DNA from: Nitrososphaeraceae archaeon
GTDB lineage: Archaea; Thermoproteota; Nitrososphaeria; Nitrososphaerales; Nitrososphaeraceae
DNA length: 64,000 nt
NCBI GenBank assembly: GCA_035297365.1
Contig: DATGZA010000014.1
Span: 128,001 to 192,000 of the forward strand
Direction of reading: 5' to 3'
The position numbers were made by a program, and so were the translations under genes. This document shows, piece after piece, positions 19,054 to 30,138 of this stretch; position 1 is the stretch's first letter, and the number at the start of each line of letters is the position of its first letter. Below the pieces are notes generated by a model, which saw only the letters and a list, made by a program, of their open reading frames with translations, was not told the DNA's origin and did no database searches.

Positions 19054-20115
19054 TCAAATTACTTTTACATCTTTGGCCAATTCATAGGCAGTTTTCCGAT
19101 CTAATTTATTCTTGCTTAATATCGTATATCTTTCTGGTCTTAGTGATTGGGCAATTACTAATGCTTGAACGACATCATTTTCATCTATATTTACTTGTGA
19201 TGCCTTAGTAGGTGCTCCTAGACTCTCAAGAGCTTCAATTATTTTCTCATAATCTAGACCTTGCAATTTAGCCATCATTATGGTGCCAAGACCAACCCTT
19301 TCACCATGTAGTCCGCAGAAATTGCCAGCAATATACTCTACAGCATGACTAAATAAGTGTTCAGATCCAGAACAGGGTCTACTACTACCTGCAATACATG
19401 CTGCAACTCCGGAACTAATTAAAGCTTCTATAATTGTCCTGACACCAATTTTCTTATTTTTTAACAATTCTTTTGATCTATTCATTATAATTGATGCACT
19501 CATTTGTGCGAGATTAGCTGAATAAGTTCCAAAGTATTCGTCTTTTTCCTCCTTAGCCAATTCCCAATCTTTTACGGCAGTTAATTTACCAATTAAATCT
19601 CCACATCCGCTAGATAATAGTCTTACTGGTGCCTCTGAAATAAGCTTTGTATCTGCTAATACCCCTATCGGAGTTGTCACTTTAATGGAGTAAGGTTTAT
19701 GTGTCCCTCGCAATGATACAAATGGACTCGCGATACCATCATGTGAAGCAGAAGTTGGAACACTAATAAAAGGTTTTTTCAAATAGAATGCTATCATTTT
19801 TCCTACATCTACAGATTTTCCTCCTCCAACTCCTAAAATAATATCAGGTTCAAGTTTTCTTATATCTGTCTCTGATTTAGCTACAATGTCTATAGAAGCT
19901 TCTTTTCTAATGTACCAATAACCATTTAGACCTTCTTTATGGAATGTTTCCTTAACGTGATCTTCAATTCTTTTTTTTACGTTTTCTCCAGATATCAGTA
20001 CAACGTTTACAATCTTGCTATTGATACTTTTTACAAAACTACCTAACGTAGAAATGACATTATCCCCGATTAAAATTTCTCTGGGTAATTCCATTAAATG
20101 AGAATTTATATCCAA
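19054..20115 (-). CDS. egsA: sn-glycerol-1-phosphate dehydrogenase
   Basis: GGGKSVDVGK, PTSASHDGIASP, SRPCSGSEHLFSHA, HGE. Confidence 0.96.
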   Translation of the reverse strand: MDINSHLMELPREILIGDNVISTLGSFVKSINSKIVNVVLISGENVKKRIEDHVKETFHKEGLNGYWYIRKEASIDIVAKSETDIRKLEPDIILGVGGGKSVDVGKMIAFYLKKPFISVPTSASHDGIASPFVSLRGTHKPYSIKVTTPIGVLADTKLISEAPVRLLSSGCGDLIGKLTAVKDWELAKEEKDEYFGTYSANLAQMSASIIMNRSKELLKNKKIGVRTIIEALISSGVAACIAGSSRPCSGSEHLFSHAVEYIAGNFCGLHGERVGLGTIMMAKLQGLDYEKIIEALESLGAPTKASQVNIDENDVVQALVIAQSLRPERYTILSKNKLDRKTAYELAKDVKVI

Positions 20116-20194
20116 ATTAGCTTTCGATTATATTTCATTCAAATAAAATAAATTTATTTCTTAAATTAATTGTTGTTAATATTTCTGAATCATT

Positions 20195-20485
20195 TTATTT
20201 GTTTTGAATGGTTTCTGCTATCGCATAGCCCATTCCAACTCTTGTGATTTTTATTCTAACTTCGTCTCCTACCTTTGTGCCAGCTACAAAAATTACCATA
20301 CCTTCTATCTTGGCAACACCTGAATCTCCTCTTTTACTCATATCTTCTATCTTAACATCATACTCTTCGCCTACTTTTACAGGGATCCTAAAGGATCTAA
20401 ATTTACGAAAACCTCCATCCTTTTCCCCCTCCTCTCTAGTGGAATTCTTGTTTTCTAAACTATTTTCTCTATCCACGTTTTCCAA
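20195..20485 (-). CDS. single-TRAM-domain RNA-binding protein
   Basis: PVKVGEEYDVKIEDMSKRGDSGVAKIEG.VIFV. Confidence 0.92.
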   Translation of the reverse strand: MENVDRENSLENKNSTREEGEKDGGFRKFRSFRIPVKVGEEYDVKIEDMSKRGDSGVAKIEGMVIFVAGTKVGDEVRIKITRVGMGYAIAETIQNK

Positions 20486-20635
20486 TCTTTATTCGTATCT
20501 GACTTATTATTCATTACTATTTCAACTTTTTTTTTATTAATAGTAAAGGATAAATATTTTCACTATTAATTTATTACAATTGATTTATATTCCATATAGA
20601 TTTTTTTTAACTTTAAAAAATTATAGGAAAATAAT

Positions 20636-22510
20636 ATGACGTTTACAAATTTCGATAATGGAAATTCTAATCAAAATATAATGAGCGTTATTTTGAAAAG
20701 TCTTCCAAAAGAATCAGGTTTGACTAAGATCGAATACGAAGGACCGGCGATAGCCCTATACACTCGTAATCCGAAATTTTTGATTGAAAATTCTCAAGCT
20801 TTGACAAATATGGTTAGTATCATCCGAAAAAGGATTGTGATTAGAACCGACGAATCCATAAGAAAATCAGAAAAAGAATCGTCATCAATCATAAGAAAAT
20901 ATTTTACTTCAAATAATGTAAAAAAGATTTTTTTTGACTACGCATTAGGTGAAATAATGATTTACACGAACGATCTTTCAGAACTTGCGTCAAAAGATGG
21001 GAAATTGAATATTCTAGACCTAATTGCTGAAACAGGATGGAAGATCAAGATCAGAAAATCTCCAAATATCCTTCCTTCAATTCAATTCATAAATGAAGTA
21101 TTGAACGATGCTACTGATTATCGAATAAAATTTTATAAAAAAGTTGGGGAAAATCTTTTCCGGTCAAAGCTAAGTAACATTCATGAAGCTAGTGTGTTAA
21201 CATTGGGAGGCTTTGGAGAAATAGGCAGATCCTGTTTTTTACTCGTTACTAGTGAAAGCAAAATTTTATTGGATTGTGGAATTAATGTTCAAGATAACAA
21301 ATCAATACAACATTTCCCAAGATTGGATATTACTGGTTTTCGAATTGAAGAAATCGATGGGGTAGTAATTAGTCATGCACATATGGACCATATTGGATTT
21401 CTACCTTTTCTTTTTAAATATGGATATCGTGGACCAGTCTATTGTACAGAACCGACATTGCCTTTGATGGCTTTGCTTTTTCTAGATTATTGCAAAAATC
21501 ATGGTATATACTCGAACTATGATATTAAAAATGTCATAATACATACTATCACGTTGAATCTAGGTGAAGTGACTGATATAACACCGGATATTAAATTAAC
21601 CTTATATAATTCTGGACACATTCTAGGTTCAGTATCTACTCACCTTCATATTGGAAATGGTGATCATAATGTCGTATACACTGGTGATCTAAAATTCGGG
21701 AAAACTAATCTACTTGATAATGCATCTTGGAATTTTCCCCGAGTAGAAACATTGATAATTGAAGGTACTTTTGGATCTAGGGATTCCCCACATAAACGTG
21801 ATGAATATGGTCCATTTCTGATTGAAAGCATTAATCAGACTCTAAGATCAAATGGAAAAGTTTTAATTCCCATTCCAATTATAGGCCTTTCTCAGGAACT
21901 TATATACACATTAAACCAATATCAAAATTCTGGTGTATTGGATCCAGTGCCTATATTTGTGGATAATTCCATTCTTGAATCTGCCAATATTTATGAAATG
22001 TATCATGAGTATCTTTCAAAAGATCTAAAAGAAAAAGTGCCAATTTACAATACAAACATATTCAATCATGACAATCTTATATCAATTCCATCAAGGTCAA
22101 AAATCGATAAACCCGCAGTTATTTTAGCTCCGTCTTCAATGTTGGTGGGAGGAACTTCAGTGAGGATCTTGAAACAAATAAGTAAAGATCCAACTAATAA
22201 AATCTTATTGCTGTCTTATCAAGCTCAAGGAACACCCGGAAATGAAATTCAATTAGGAGCCAAAGAGATATTCATTAATGGACAAAAAATTGATATCAGA
22301 TGTAAAGTAGATTCTATACATGGCTTTAGTAATCATAGTGACTACAATCAACTTCTCGCCTATGTTAGCCGTCTAAAGCCAAAACTTAAACGGGTAATTG
22401 TAAATCATGGAGAAAAACCTAGAGTCCAAAATTTAGCCGTTTCCATTAACAAGATTCTTAATATTCCTTGTCATTATCTTTTAGTACCTGAAGCAACAAA
22501 ACTCTTATGA
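20636..22510 (+). CDS. fttA: beta-CASP ribonuclease, aCPSF1/FttA-like
   Basis: KIEYEGP KH-like N-terminus, LGGFGEIGRS, HAHMDH, GHILGS, HSD, NHGE. Confidence 0.88.
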   Translation: MTFTNFDNGNSNQNIMSVILKSLPKESGLTKIEYEGPAIALYTRNPKFLIENSQALTNMVSIIRKRIVIRTDESIRKSEKESSSIIRKYFTSNNVKKIFFDYALGEIMIYTNDLSELASKDGKLNILDLIAETGWKIKIRKSPNILPSIQFINEVLNDATDYRIKFYKKVGENLFRSKLSNIHEASVLTLGGFGEIGRSCFLLVTSESKILLDCGINVQDNKSIQHFPRLDITGFRIEEIDGVVISHAHMDHIGFLPFLFKYGYRGPVYCTEPTLPLMALLFLDYCKNHGIYSNYDIKNVIIHTITLNLGEVTDITPDIKLTLYNSGHILGSVSTHLHIGNGDHNVVYTGDLKFGKTNLLDNASWNFPRVETLIIEGTFGSRDSPHKRDEYGPFLIESINQTLRSNGKVLIPIPIIGLSQELIYTLNQYQNSGVLDPVPIFVDNSILESANIYEMYHEYLSKDLKEKVPIYNTNIFNHDNLISIPSRSKIDKPAVILAPSSMLVGGTSVRILKQISKDPTNKILLLSYQAQGTPGNEIQLGAKEIFINGQKIDIRCKVDSIHGFSNHSDYNQLLAYVSRLKPKLKRVIVNHGEKPRVQNLAVSINKILNIPCHYLLVPEATKLL

Positions 22511-22591
22511 CCATCGAGATATTCAATTTCATTTGCTTTTTCTTTAACGCCAAGCATTAGACTTAAACATGCTAGTCTTTCTTTAAATGAT

Positions 22592-23305
22592 ATGAATAAG
22601 GAAAATTCCATCAAGTCTTCACTCGACCTTATTTCTAAAAAATGGTATATTGATCCGAAAATCTATGACATTCATCTCGGAAAACGAAAGGATGTATTAG
22701 ATACATTAATTCAGATCAATCAAGTTACCTTTCACGTTCCTAAGTTATCTGATGAGAACCTTTTTGTAATATGGAAGTGTTTGTGGCCAGATTGTCATAA
22801 TTGTTGTGAAAAACAAGGCCGATTGCCATTAACAGAAGATGATATTAATAACATTTGCAAAAAACTCGGATATCCTTCAAAACCCGATTTCATAAGAAAT
22901 GAAACGAACATATCAACGTGGGAAGAAGAAGGTAACTTTGGTAATTTAATCAGTATTACAACAATGATCTCTTTAAAAAGAAAAAAAGATGAAAAAGTAG
23001 AAGATGATGGAAATCCTATTAGATGCAGATTCTTAGATAAGGAAGGATATTGTCAAATTCAATCAGACAAACCTGGCGTTTGTTGGTTATATCCATTTGC
23101 TTCATGGACAGAATCTTCTAATGGAAAACCCAGAGTCCATGCTACTTTTCAATTTACAGGAGATTGTCCTGGTTATTATCTCAGTGAAACAATAGATGAC
23201 TTGATTCCAATATTAAATGAATATTCGATTAAAATCTATAATTACAATATGAGTGTTAATAGGACCATAAGAGATGGTTTAGGCATCTCCAATATTATTT
23301 ATTAA
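22592..23305 (+). CDS. YkgJ family Cys-cluster (Fe-S/Zn) protein
   Basis: CLWPDCHNCC, CRFL....CQI...KPGVCWLYPF. Confidence 0.88.
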   Translation: MNKENSIKSSLDLISKKWYIDPKIYDIHLGKRKDVLDTLIQINQVTFHVPKLSDENLFVIWKCLWPDCHNCCEKQGRLPLTEDDINNICKKLGYPSKPDFIRNETNISTWEEEGNFGNLISITTMISLKRKKDEKVEDDGNPIRCRFLDKEGYCQIQSDKPGVCWLYPFASWTESSNGKPRVHATFQFTGDCPGYYLSETIDDLIPILNEYSIKIYNYNMSVNRTIRDGLGISNIIY

Positions 23306-23431
23306 TCTTTATTGAGGTTAAAAAATTTGATATTTGACCCTATAAGTTAGACACGTTAATAAATAGCCTTTGTATATAAAGCAGATAGATTTAGATTTTT
23401 CCTTAAATGACATTAGATAAACTAAATATTT

Positions 23432-23857
23432 ATGCGGGTGCTACTAGGTATTATGAATTCCAGTATTAACAATCCATCCAATCTTAAGACAGGAGCAGAT
23501 TTATTGTTAAAAGGAGGCTCTCTATTAGATATTTCTTGTAGTAAATGCGGCGGGGTACAAATTCGCTACAAGACAAAAATAACGTGTATTAATTGTGGCA
23601 AAGAGACACCAGAAATTAAAGATGACGTTGACACAAATTCTTTGGACCTACATTATGAAAAAAACGATGCTCATGAAAATCAATTAAATTCTAATATCGC
23701 TATCTTAGGATTTGACAAAATCATCATTCAAAAAATCTCAAATTTGTTGAATAGCCTAAAAGATGATAACGATCTTTTAAATCAAAATACCAAGCTAGAA
23801 CTGATAATTAAATACTTGGAAATACTAGAAAAAATCCCTAAAATTTTAAGAACTTAA
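23432..23857 (+). CDS. UPF0148/autoantigen p27 Zn-finger domain protein
   Basis: ADLLLKGGSLLDISCSKCGG...CINCG. Confidence 0.82.
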   Translation: MRVLLGIMNSSINNPSNLKTGADLLLKGGSLLDISCSKCGGVQIRYKTKITCINCGKETPEIKDDVDTNSLDLHYEKNDAHENQLNSNIAILGFDKIIIQKISNLLNSLKDDNDLLNQNTKLELIIKYLEILEKIPKILRT

Positions 23858-23915
23858 CAATCCCTTGTTTTTGGATTTGTTTTTGGGTTGTTTCCTGATA
23901 ATTAGTACAAATGAA

Positions 23916-24980
23916 CTAAATTCGCATATTTTCAACCTGTTGATTGTCCATTGGAAAAATTTTGACTTCTTTTTCATTATCGTCGGTAATTATTCTTACT
24001 ATTGATAGATCATTCTTTGGTGCATCGGAATATCTTAGTCCTATTCTTGCAGAAATCTCAATTTCACTCTCTGTTGTTTCCTTAGCTCTCAATATACATG
24101 TTGGACCGACATAATCTTTTACTTTTAAAATTATATCCCTTTTTAATTTCATCACATCTATCATATCATTCTCCTGCTTGTTTCTACCAACAATAAGTTT
24201 ATTATTTTTGGACAATCTGAAATGTCTTCCTATTTTTAATAATTCAACGTCATTCGTATCAGGAATATCGTTACTGTGGGAATAAAGATCTCTTACTCTT
24301 TTAGAGAATGCAGGATCTGTTAATAAACATCCACCAGCAGAATTTGGGGCGTTGATGATTTCAAAGTTCTCGGCTAATTTCAATTGAACCTTTCTAGATC
24401 TGCCTGTGATATTTCCTAAAAATTCTCTTTTGATCAACCCATCTTTTTCCGCTTGTGTAACAGGTAATTTTTTAAATGATAATGGTCTTACTATCAATCC
24501 ATTAGTACCTGTTTCCTTTTCGATAATTTTTAAAGCGTTACTATTTTGACTCATTGGTCTTTGACCTAGAACCTCACCAGTAATGATAAAATCCGCCTCT
24601 ATTTTTTTCATATGATCTTTAGCTGCCATATACATCATACTCCTACAATCAATGCAAGGATTCATTCCTGAACCATAACCATATTTGGGATTCTTCAACA
24701 TCTTCAAATATTCTCGACCAAAATAAACAGTTTTCAGATTTACTCCCAATTCTTCAGCAACCTCTTGAACCCGATGGCCACAACCTTTTCCACAGTCAAA
24801 ATCACAAAATGGTGTTTTGATAGCTATAGCTTCAACTTTTACCCCTTGCTCTTGTACCATTCTTATTGCTAAATTACTATCCAACCCACCAGATAACAAT
24901 GCTACCGCCTTCACCTTTGTTTTTTTGTCTTTAGATATTTTCTTTATAAATTCACTCGATTTGCTATGGGCAGGCCTCAT
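23916..24980 (-). CDS. ThiI-like PP-loop tRNA thiolation protein with DUF814-like C-terminus
   Basis: LLSGGLDS, NPCIDC, GEVLGQRPMSQ, GGCLLT, GRHFRL..IVGRN. Confidence 0.88.
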   Translation of the reverse strand: MRPAHSKSSEFIKKISKDKKTKVKAVALLSGGLDSNLAIRMVQEQGVKVEAIAIKTPFCDFDCGKGCGHRVQEVAEELGVNLKTVYFGREYLKMLKNPKYGYGSGMNPCIDCRSMMYMAAKDHMKKIEADFIITGEVLGQRPMSQNSNALKIIEKETGTNGLIVRPLSFKKLPVTQAEKDGLIKREFLGNITGRSRKVQLKLAENFEIINAPNSAGGCLLTDPAFSKRVRDLYSHSNDIPDTNDVELLKIGRHFRLSKNNKLIVGRNKQENDMIDVMKLKRDIILKVKDYVGPTCILRAKETTESEIEISARIGLRYSDAPKNDLSIVRIITDDNEKEVKIFPMDNQQVENMRI

Positions 24981-25063
24981 TAACTTCTTAAATTATTAAT
25001 CTATATTTATTGTTAAGTTAATAAATATAAAATATATTAATGACAAAAATTAGTAAATGAATT

Positions 25064-25204
25064 ATGGTTCTAGAATCAATACCCAATTTCGATTCCTACG
25101 TGCTGATCGCAGTAGGTTTATTCATTGCTGGTCTATTTTCGATAATGGCTTATGAAAAAACTAATTCACAATCAAAACAGGAGAAATCAACAGATCGTCA
25201 ATAA
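25064..25204 (+). CDS. 46-aa single-pass membrane protein (not in ORF track)
   Basis: Manual translation MVLESIPNFDSYVLIAVGLFIAGLFSIMAYEKTNSQSKQEKSTDRQ. Confidence 0.6.
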   Translation: MVLESIPNFDSYVLIAVGLFIAGLFSIMAYEKTNSQSKQEKSTDRQ

Positions 25205-27962
25205 TAAGTTTAGTCCATCGAAGGCTGAATTTGAACATATTGAAAAAATCATAAGCACTCAATATTATGATTATGGGTTTAATTCGCTTACTCGTATACA
25301 AAACTTAGCTTTAAAGGTGATAGTCAGAGATTATAATTGCCTCTTAGTAGCACCAACTGGATCAGGAAAAACAGAAGCTGCGGTATTACCTGTAATTAAA
25401 TTGCTTTCTTTATTTAAAGGAGAAGCAGGGATCAAAGTAATTTATGTGACCCCATTAAGATCTCTTAATAATGATGTTTTGCGTAGAATAATTCGATATG
25501 CTGCCACAGAGAAATTAACTGTCGAAATAAGACACGGTGACACCCCAGCCAAAACGAAAAAGAAAATAACTCATAATCCTCCAGATATCTTGATAACTAC
25601 ACCCGAATCGATTCCAATACTTTTAACTATCGAGAATCTGTTAAAAGCTTTTCAATCCTTAAAATGGGTTATTATTGATGAGGTCCATGAATTGGTTTCC
25701 AATGAACGAGGTTCTCATTTGTCTCTATCGCTTGAAAGATTGCAGCAACATTCTAGGAATATCATAACAAGAATAGGACTATCAGCAACATTGGGAAATG
25801 TAAAAGAAACAGGTAAGTTTCTTGTCGGATCGAATCAAAAATGTGCAATTCTTCAAGATCGATCTGTGAGAGAATATGATCTAAAGATAAAATTTGTGAA
25901 CGGTTCCATTTATAATGTAGCCAAATTTATTGTAGAATATATAAAGACGAATAATATTTCAGGTTCCGTTCTTCTATTTACCAACACAAGGGACGAAGCT
26001 GAATATTTTGGGACCATTCTTAAGACTCAAAAGGAAGTTAATGTAGACGTACACCATGGTTCTTTATCAAAAGAAATTCGCGAAGATGCTGAATACAAAT
26101 TAAGAACCGGTGCTGCGGGAATAGTCGTATGTACCTCTTCATTAGAATTAGGTTTGGATATTGGTTCTGTTGATCTGGTAATCCATTATGGGTCTCCCAG
26201 ACAAGTTTCAAAATTAATGCAAAGAATTGGGAGAAGTCGTCATCAAAACCGACGTTCAGCTAAAGGATTGATTGTTACTAATATTCCTGATGATGAAGTT
26301 GAGTGTATTGCATTAATTAGAAGAATGCAAAATAGATCTGTTGAACAACAATCAATACATCTCAAGTCTCTCGATGTTCTGTCCCATCATTTGGTAGGAT
26401 TGACGTTAGAAAGAAAGGATGACGTTAGTGTTGACAAAGCTTTTTCTATTGTGACAAGAGCATATCCTTTCCTTAATCTTTCAACACGTACTCTTGAATC
26501 CTGCTTGGATCTTCTTGATAGAAATAAAATAATAATGTATAATAGAGAAACCAATGTCTTTAGACGTAGAATCAAATCATACAAGTATTACTTTGAAAAT
26601 ATATCCATGATTCCTCATATTCTCAAGTTTCAAGTAATAGATATTATTAGTAAAAAAAGAATAGGAACATTGGATCAAAAATTCGTGGGTGATTATGGAG
26701 AGAAAGGAAATGTATTTGTACTCAAAGGTACCCAATGGAGGGTCATATCAATTGACGAATCGAAATTCGAGGTCAACGTAGAGCCATTATATGGAACTAA
26801 GATTAATGTTCCGCACTGGGTAGGTGAATTAATTCCAGTTGATTATTACACCGCTGAAGAAGTGGGAAAAGTCAGAAACTTGATAGTGGGAAAAAAAATA
26901 GGTGTAGACAATTCAGTAATAGATAATTTTTTCAATACATTCAATCTTGTTCCAGACACCAAAAAAATCGTAGTAGAAAGTTCTGATACTCAAAATCAAA
27001 TTGTCATTCATTCCACATTCGGTACAAAAGTAAATAATACCTTGTCATCCTTATTTTCTACAATTATTTCATCGAAATTAGGATATATAGTAGAAACTCG
27101 AAGTGATCCATATAGAATCCTTTTAACATCTTCTGCAAGAATTACTAAATTTCACATTCAATCTGTACTTGATGGTGATTACGATATCGAATCAATCCTG
27201 ATCGCGTCGCTAAATAATACTTATCTTTTAAATTGGAAAGTGTGGATGGTAGCGAAAAGACTTGGTATTATTAGTAAAGAGGCACTATATGATAAAAAAA
27301 TTGCAAGGTTGATTTATGATAGATACGCTAAAACACCACTAAGTGAAGAGTCGATCAGAGAATTAATTCATGAAAAATATGATATCTTACTAACTAGACA
27401 AGTATTAAATGATTCTAAAAAACAAATTATCAATTTGCATTGGCTTCGAATATCGGATTTCTCAGAATTAGCTAAACCAATCCTTGATCATTCAACTAAA
27501 TTTTCCTCAACCCCTACATCTATTGAGATCGGTGTTATAGAGCTTATCAAAGAAAGACTTGACAAGACGAAACAAAAACTTATATGTATACGATGCGGAA
27601 AATGGGAACGTATATTTACTGTCCATGAGACTCCTTCAAATATCGTATGCACATATTGTAAATCTCGACTCATAACACTTACTTCTTGGTATGATAACGA
27701 CCTCAAAAAAATAATATTAAAAAAAATTGAAAGAAAAATGTTAAAGGAGGACGAATCGCATAAGTTTGAACGTGCATGGAAAATATCTTCTTTGATAAAT
27801 AATTTTGGAAAGAAAGCTGTATTAGTACTTGCAGGATATGGAATCGGTGCTGATACAGCGGCAAGAATCCTGCGTGATTATGTAGACGATGAAGAAATAT
27901 TCAGACAAATATACAAGGCAGAACGACAATACGTAATGACAAGAGGATTTTGGGACAATTAG
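25152..27962 (+). CDS. lhr: Lhr-like SF2 helicase
   Basis: APTGSGKT, DEVH, SAT, SSLELGLD, QRIGRS, C-terminal CxxC..CxxC; true start uncertain. Confidence 0.95.
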   Translation: MKKLIHNQNRRNQQIVNNKFSPSKAEFEHIEKIISTQYYDYGFNSLTRIQNLALKVIVRDYNCLLVAPTGSGKTEAAVLPVIKLLSLFKGEAGIKVIYVTPLRSLNNDVLRRIIRYAATEKLTVEIRHGDTPAKTKKKITHNPPDILITTPESIPILLTIENLLKAFQSLKWVIIDEVHELVSNERGSHLSLSLERLQQHSRNIITRIGLSATLGNVKETGKFLVGSNQKCAILQDRSVREYDLKIKFVNGSIYNVAKFIVEYIKTNNISGSVLLFTNTRDEAEYFGTILKTQKEVNVDVHHGSLSKEIREDAEYKLRTGAAGIVVCTSSLELGLDIGSVDLVIHYGSPRQVSKLMQRIGRSRHQNRRSAKGLIVTNIPDDEVECIALIRRMQNRSVEQQSIHLKSLDVLSHHLVGLTLERKDDVSVDKAFSIVTRAYPFLNLSTRTLESCLDLLDRNKIIMYNRETNVFRRRIKSYKYYFENISMIPHILKFQVIDIISKKRIGTLDQKFVGDYGEKGNVFVLKGTQWRVISIDESKFEVNVEPLYGTKINVPHWVGELIPVDYYTAEEVGKVRNLIVGKKIGVDNSVIDNFFNTFNLVPDTKKIVVESSDTQNQIVIHSTFGTKVNNTLSSLFSTIISSKLGYIVETRSDPYRILLTSSARITKFHIQSVLDGDYDIESILIASLNNTYLLNWKVWMVAKRLGIISKEALYDKKIARLIYDRYAKTPLSEESIRELIHEKYDILLTRQVLNDSKKQIINLHWLRISDFSELAKPILDHSTKFSSTPTSIEIGVIELIKERLDKTKQKLICIRCGKWERIFTVHETPSNIVCTYCKSRLITLTSWYDNDLKKIILKKIERKMLKEDESHKFERAWKISSLINNFGKKAVLVLAGYGIGADTAARILRDYVDDEEIFRQIYKAERQYVMTRGFWDN

Positions 27963-27968
27963 CTATTT

Positions 27969-29417
27969 TTAATTTATTTTTCTAATTTCAGAAAATCCTT
28001 TTAACGTTATTTCAATTTTATTCTCTCTTCCCATTCCTGCAACTGCTCCAATAACTTTAATTCGATTGCCCACAACCAGTTTTGAAATTAGGCGACTCTG
28101 CTCTCTCCATCCTGTTAATCGAATTTCTCCAGTATCGTCTCCTATAAGGGTATCACTTACTGTAACATTTTCTCCACTCTTTGTTGTTATTTCTGACGTA
28201 TTGGGAGATTGTAAAACAATTGCTTCTATTATGTAAGGTTTATCAGAAATTTCTATATTCTTAATTTTTGATTCTAGCTCTAGTTCATCAGGGAAAGACT
28301 CGTACTTGTCATCTATAATTCTAATAAATGAATCTTCATCGGTAAAATAAAAAATATTTCCAAACACCTTATTAGGTATTCCTTCAATAATTGTATTAGC
28401 GATTATTTCTTCATTAATTATTTTACGATCTATCACTACAGAAACAAAATTCCTATTTTTGTCTATAGCCAGGTAGTTTTCATTTAGGTTGTCTTCTATG
28501 TTCGAATTTGAGATGATTTTCAAAATTACTACCTTTCCCTCTTCTACTTTCTCCTCTGAATCAACGATCTCTATTATGGTAGCTTCGTCTCCATGTATTT
28601 CTAATTCTTCTCCGCTATATTGAGGATTTCCTTGTTTGATTCTTACTCCCGTTAACTTTATTTTAGAACCACTGATAAAAATATCAGGAATTTTATCTTC
28701 GTTTATGTTCCAAATAATGCTTCGAAGAGATCTACTTTTATCTTCATTTGATAGTATCACTTGTAATGATTTGCCAGGTTCATTCCTAAAGTTGGTGTAT
28801 CTTGATATTCTTGGATTGGATGATATATATCCAGTTACTACAATATTTTCTATGGGTTCTCGTATTTCTCCAATATTTTTGGTTCGTTGGTCAATTGATG
28901 GGATATCTGTATCATCTTTAATTGTCTCTAATATGCCTCTTGTACCTAAATTTATGATGGGCTTGTTATCTAAGCCGGACTTAACATAACCATGTGAAAT
29001 TTTTATGATGTCACCAGGTTTTAGTTTCTCATTTTCAGGAAAATTAACATGATTATCCCATAGTCTCAATTTAATGGATGAAAAGCTATCATAGATTGTT
29101 AATGTTCTAGTCTGTATTTCCTCATTTGTGTCTCTTCTTGTATATCTCTTAATTGGATATACGTTTATTATTCTTGCAATAAGGTTAACATCGTTTGCTC
29201 CGATGTAAAGGTCCTTTATATAGGTTCGAACATCTTGTGCACTATCGAATGATATACCAAGATCCGATGCTACTAGAAATAATGCACCTTGGTCCGTCAA
29301 GTAACCAGCACCGATTTTTCTTTTCTTCTCATCTATTAGATCTCTTATTTCTTCAGCAGTTATTTCTGGCAGTTGCTTGAGAATAATTTCAATCATTTTC
29401 TTAAATTCTAGTGACAA
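27969..29417 (-). CDS. rpa: replication protein A (multi-OB-fold ssDNA-binding protein)
   Basis: GAGYLTDQGALFLVA N-terminus; repeated OB folds, e.g. IGDDTGEIRLTGW. Confidence 0.9.
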   Translation of the reverse strand: MSLEFKKMIEIILKQLPEITAEEIRDLIDEKKRKIGAGYLTDQGALFLVASDLGISFDSAQDVRTYIKDLYIGANDVNLIARIINVYPIKRYTRRDTNEEIQTRTLTIYDSFSSIKLRLWDNHVNFPENEKLKPGDIIKISHGYVKSGLDNKPIINLGTRGILETIKDDTDIPSIDQRTKNIGEIREPIENIVVTGYISSNPRISRYTNFRNEPGKSLQVILSNEDKSRSLRSIIWNINEDKIPDIFISGSKIKLTGVRIKQGNPQYSGEELEIHGDEATIIEIVDSEEKVEEGKVVILKIISNSNIEDNLNENYLAIDKNRNFVSVVIDRKIINEEIIANTIIEGIPNKVFGNIFYFTDEDSFIRIIDDKYESFPDELELESKIKNIEISDKPYIIEAIVLQSPNTSEITTKSGENVTVSDTLIGDDTGEIRLTGWREQSRLISKLVVGNRIKVIGAVAGMGRENKIEITLKGFSEIRKIN

Positions 29418-29663
29418 AGTATATCTATCATTTTATACTATATCACTATCCTATATGTTTTAATCCATTGCAAATTGATAACTTTTATTTTTTAGATATT
29501 ATTGAATTAAATTATCGAATAAAAAACATTTTTTCCTTTTAAATCATTCTTAAATCAATTAAATGTTTAAAAGCATTAAATTTACTATTTGTGGATAACT
29601 ATTCACAGTTCAACTGAATTATATCTTTGGTCAAAACTTTAAATAAATTAATACAATAATAAT

Positions 29664-29798
29664 ATGAAGACTATCATCATATTTATAATATCTCTGGTTT
29701 TCTTACCAAATGTTTTTGCACAAACTTCGACTGTTCTAATGATCAAAAGTATGCGAACTAATCATATTATCAACCTACCATTTTTATTAAGAGAATAA
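29664..29798 (+). pseudogene. signal-peptide-only ORF, probable truncated secreted-protein gene
   Basis: MKTIIIFIISLVFLPNVFAQ followed by 24 residues and a stop. Confidence 0.4.
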
Positions 29799-29811
29799 AT
29801 ATTCTATAGTT

Positions 29812-30138
29812 ATGATAATTCGTTATTTTGTGGAGCCTGAAATTAACTATGTTTATAATGAAAATGGTAATCTGGATTCTGAAATTCAATCAGGTTATGA
29901 CAGTGAAGTAATAGGAGATCTAGAATATTGTTGTGAAGCTTTAGGAAAAAATTTCTGGTTAGAATTGATGGATCCAGAATATTATGAAAATGACAATCCG
30001 AGGAAAATAAAGGAACCAAAGATAGTTCTTGGGTTTGCAAATTACTCCGGCGGTTATACAATTGCAGGTGGTGAAGATGGAATTAAATTTTGTCCGTTTT
30101 GTGGGGAAAAAATTGTTTTAGAATTAGTAGAACGATAA
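29812..30138 (+). CDS. hypothetical Zn-ribbon protein, virus-like
   Basis: YCCE...IKFCPFCGEKI motif. Confidence 0.72.
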   Translation: MIIRYFVEPEINYVYNENGNLDSEIQSGYDSEVIGDLEYCCEALGKNFWLELMDPEYYENDNPRKIKEPKIVLGFANYSGGYTIAGGEDGIKFCPFCGEKIVLELVER

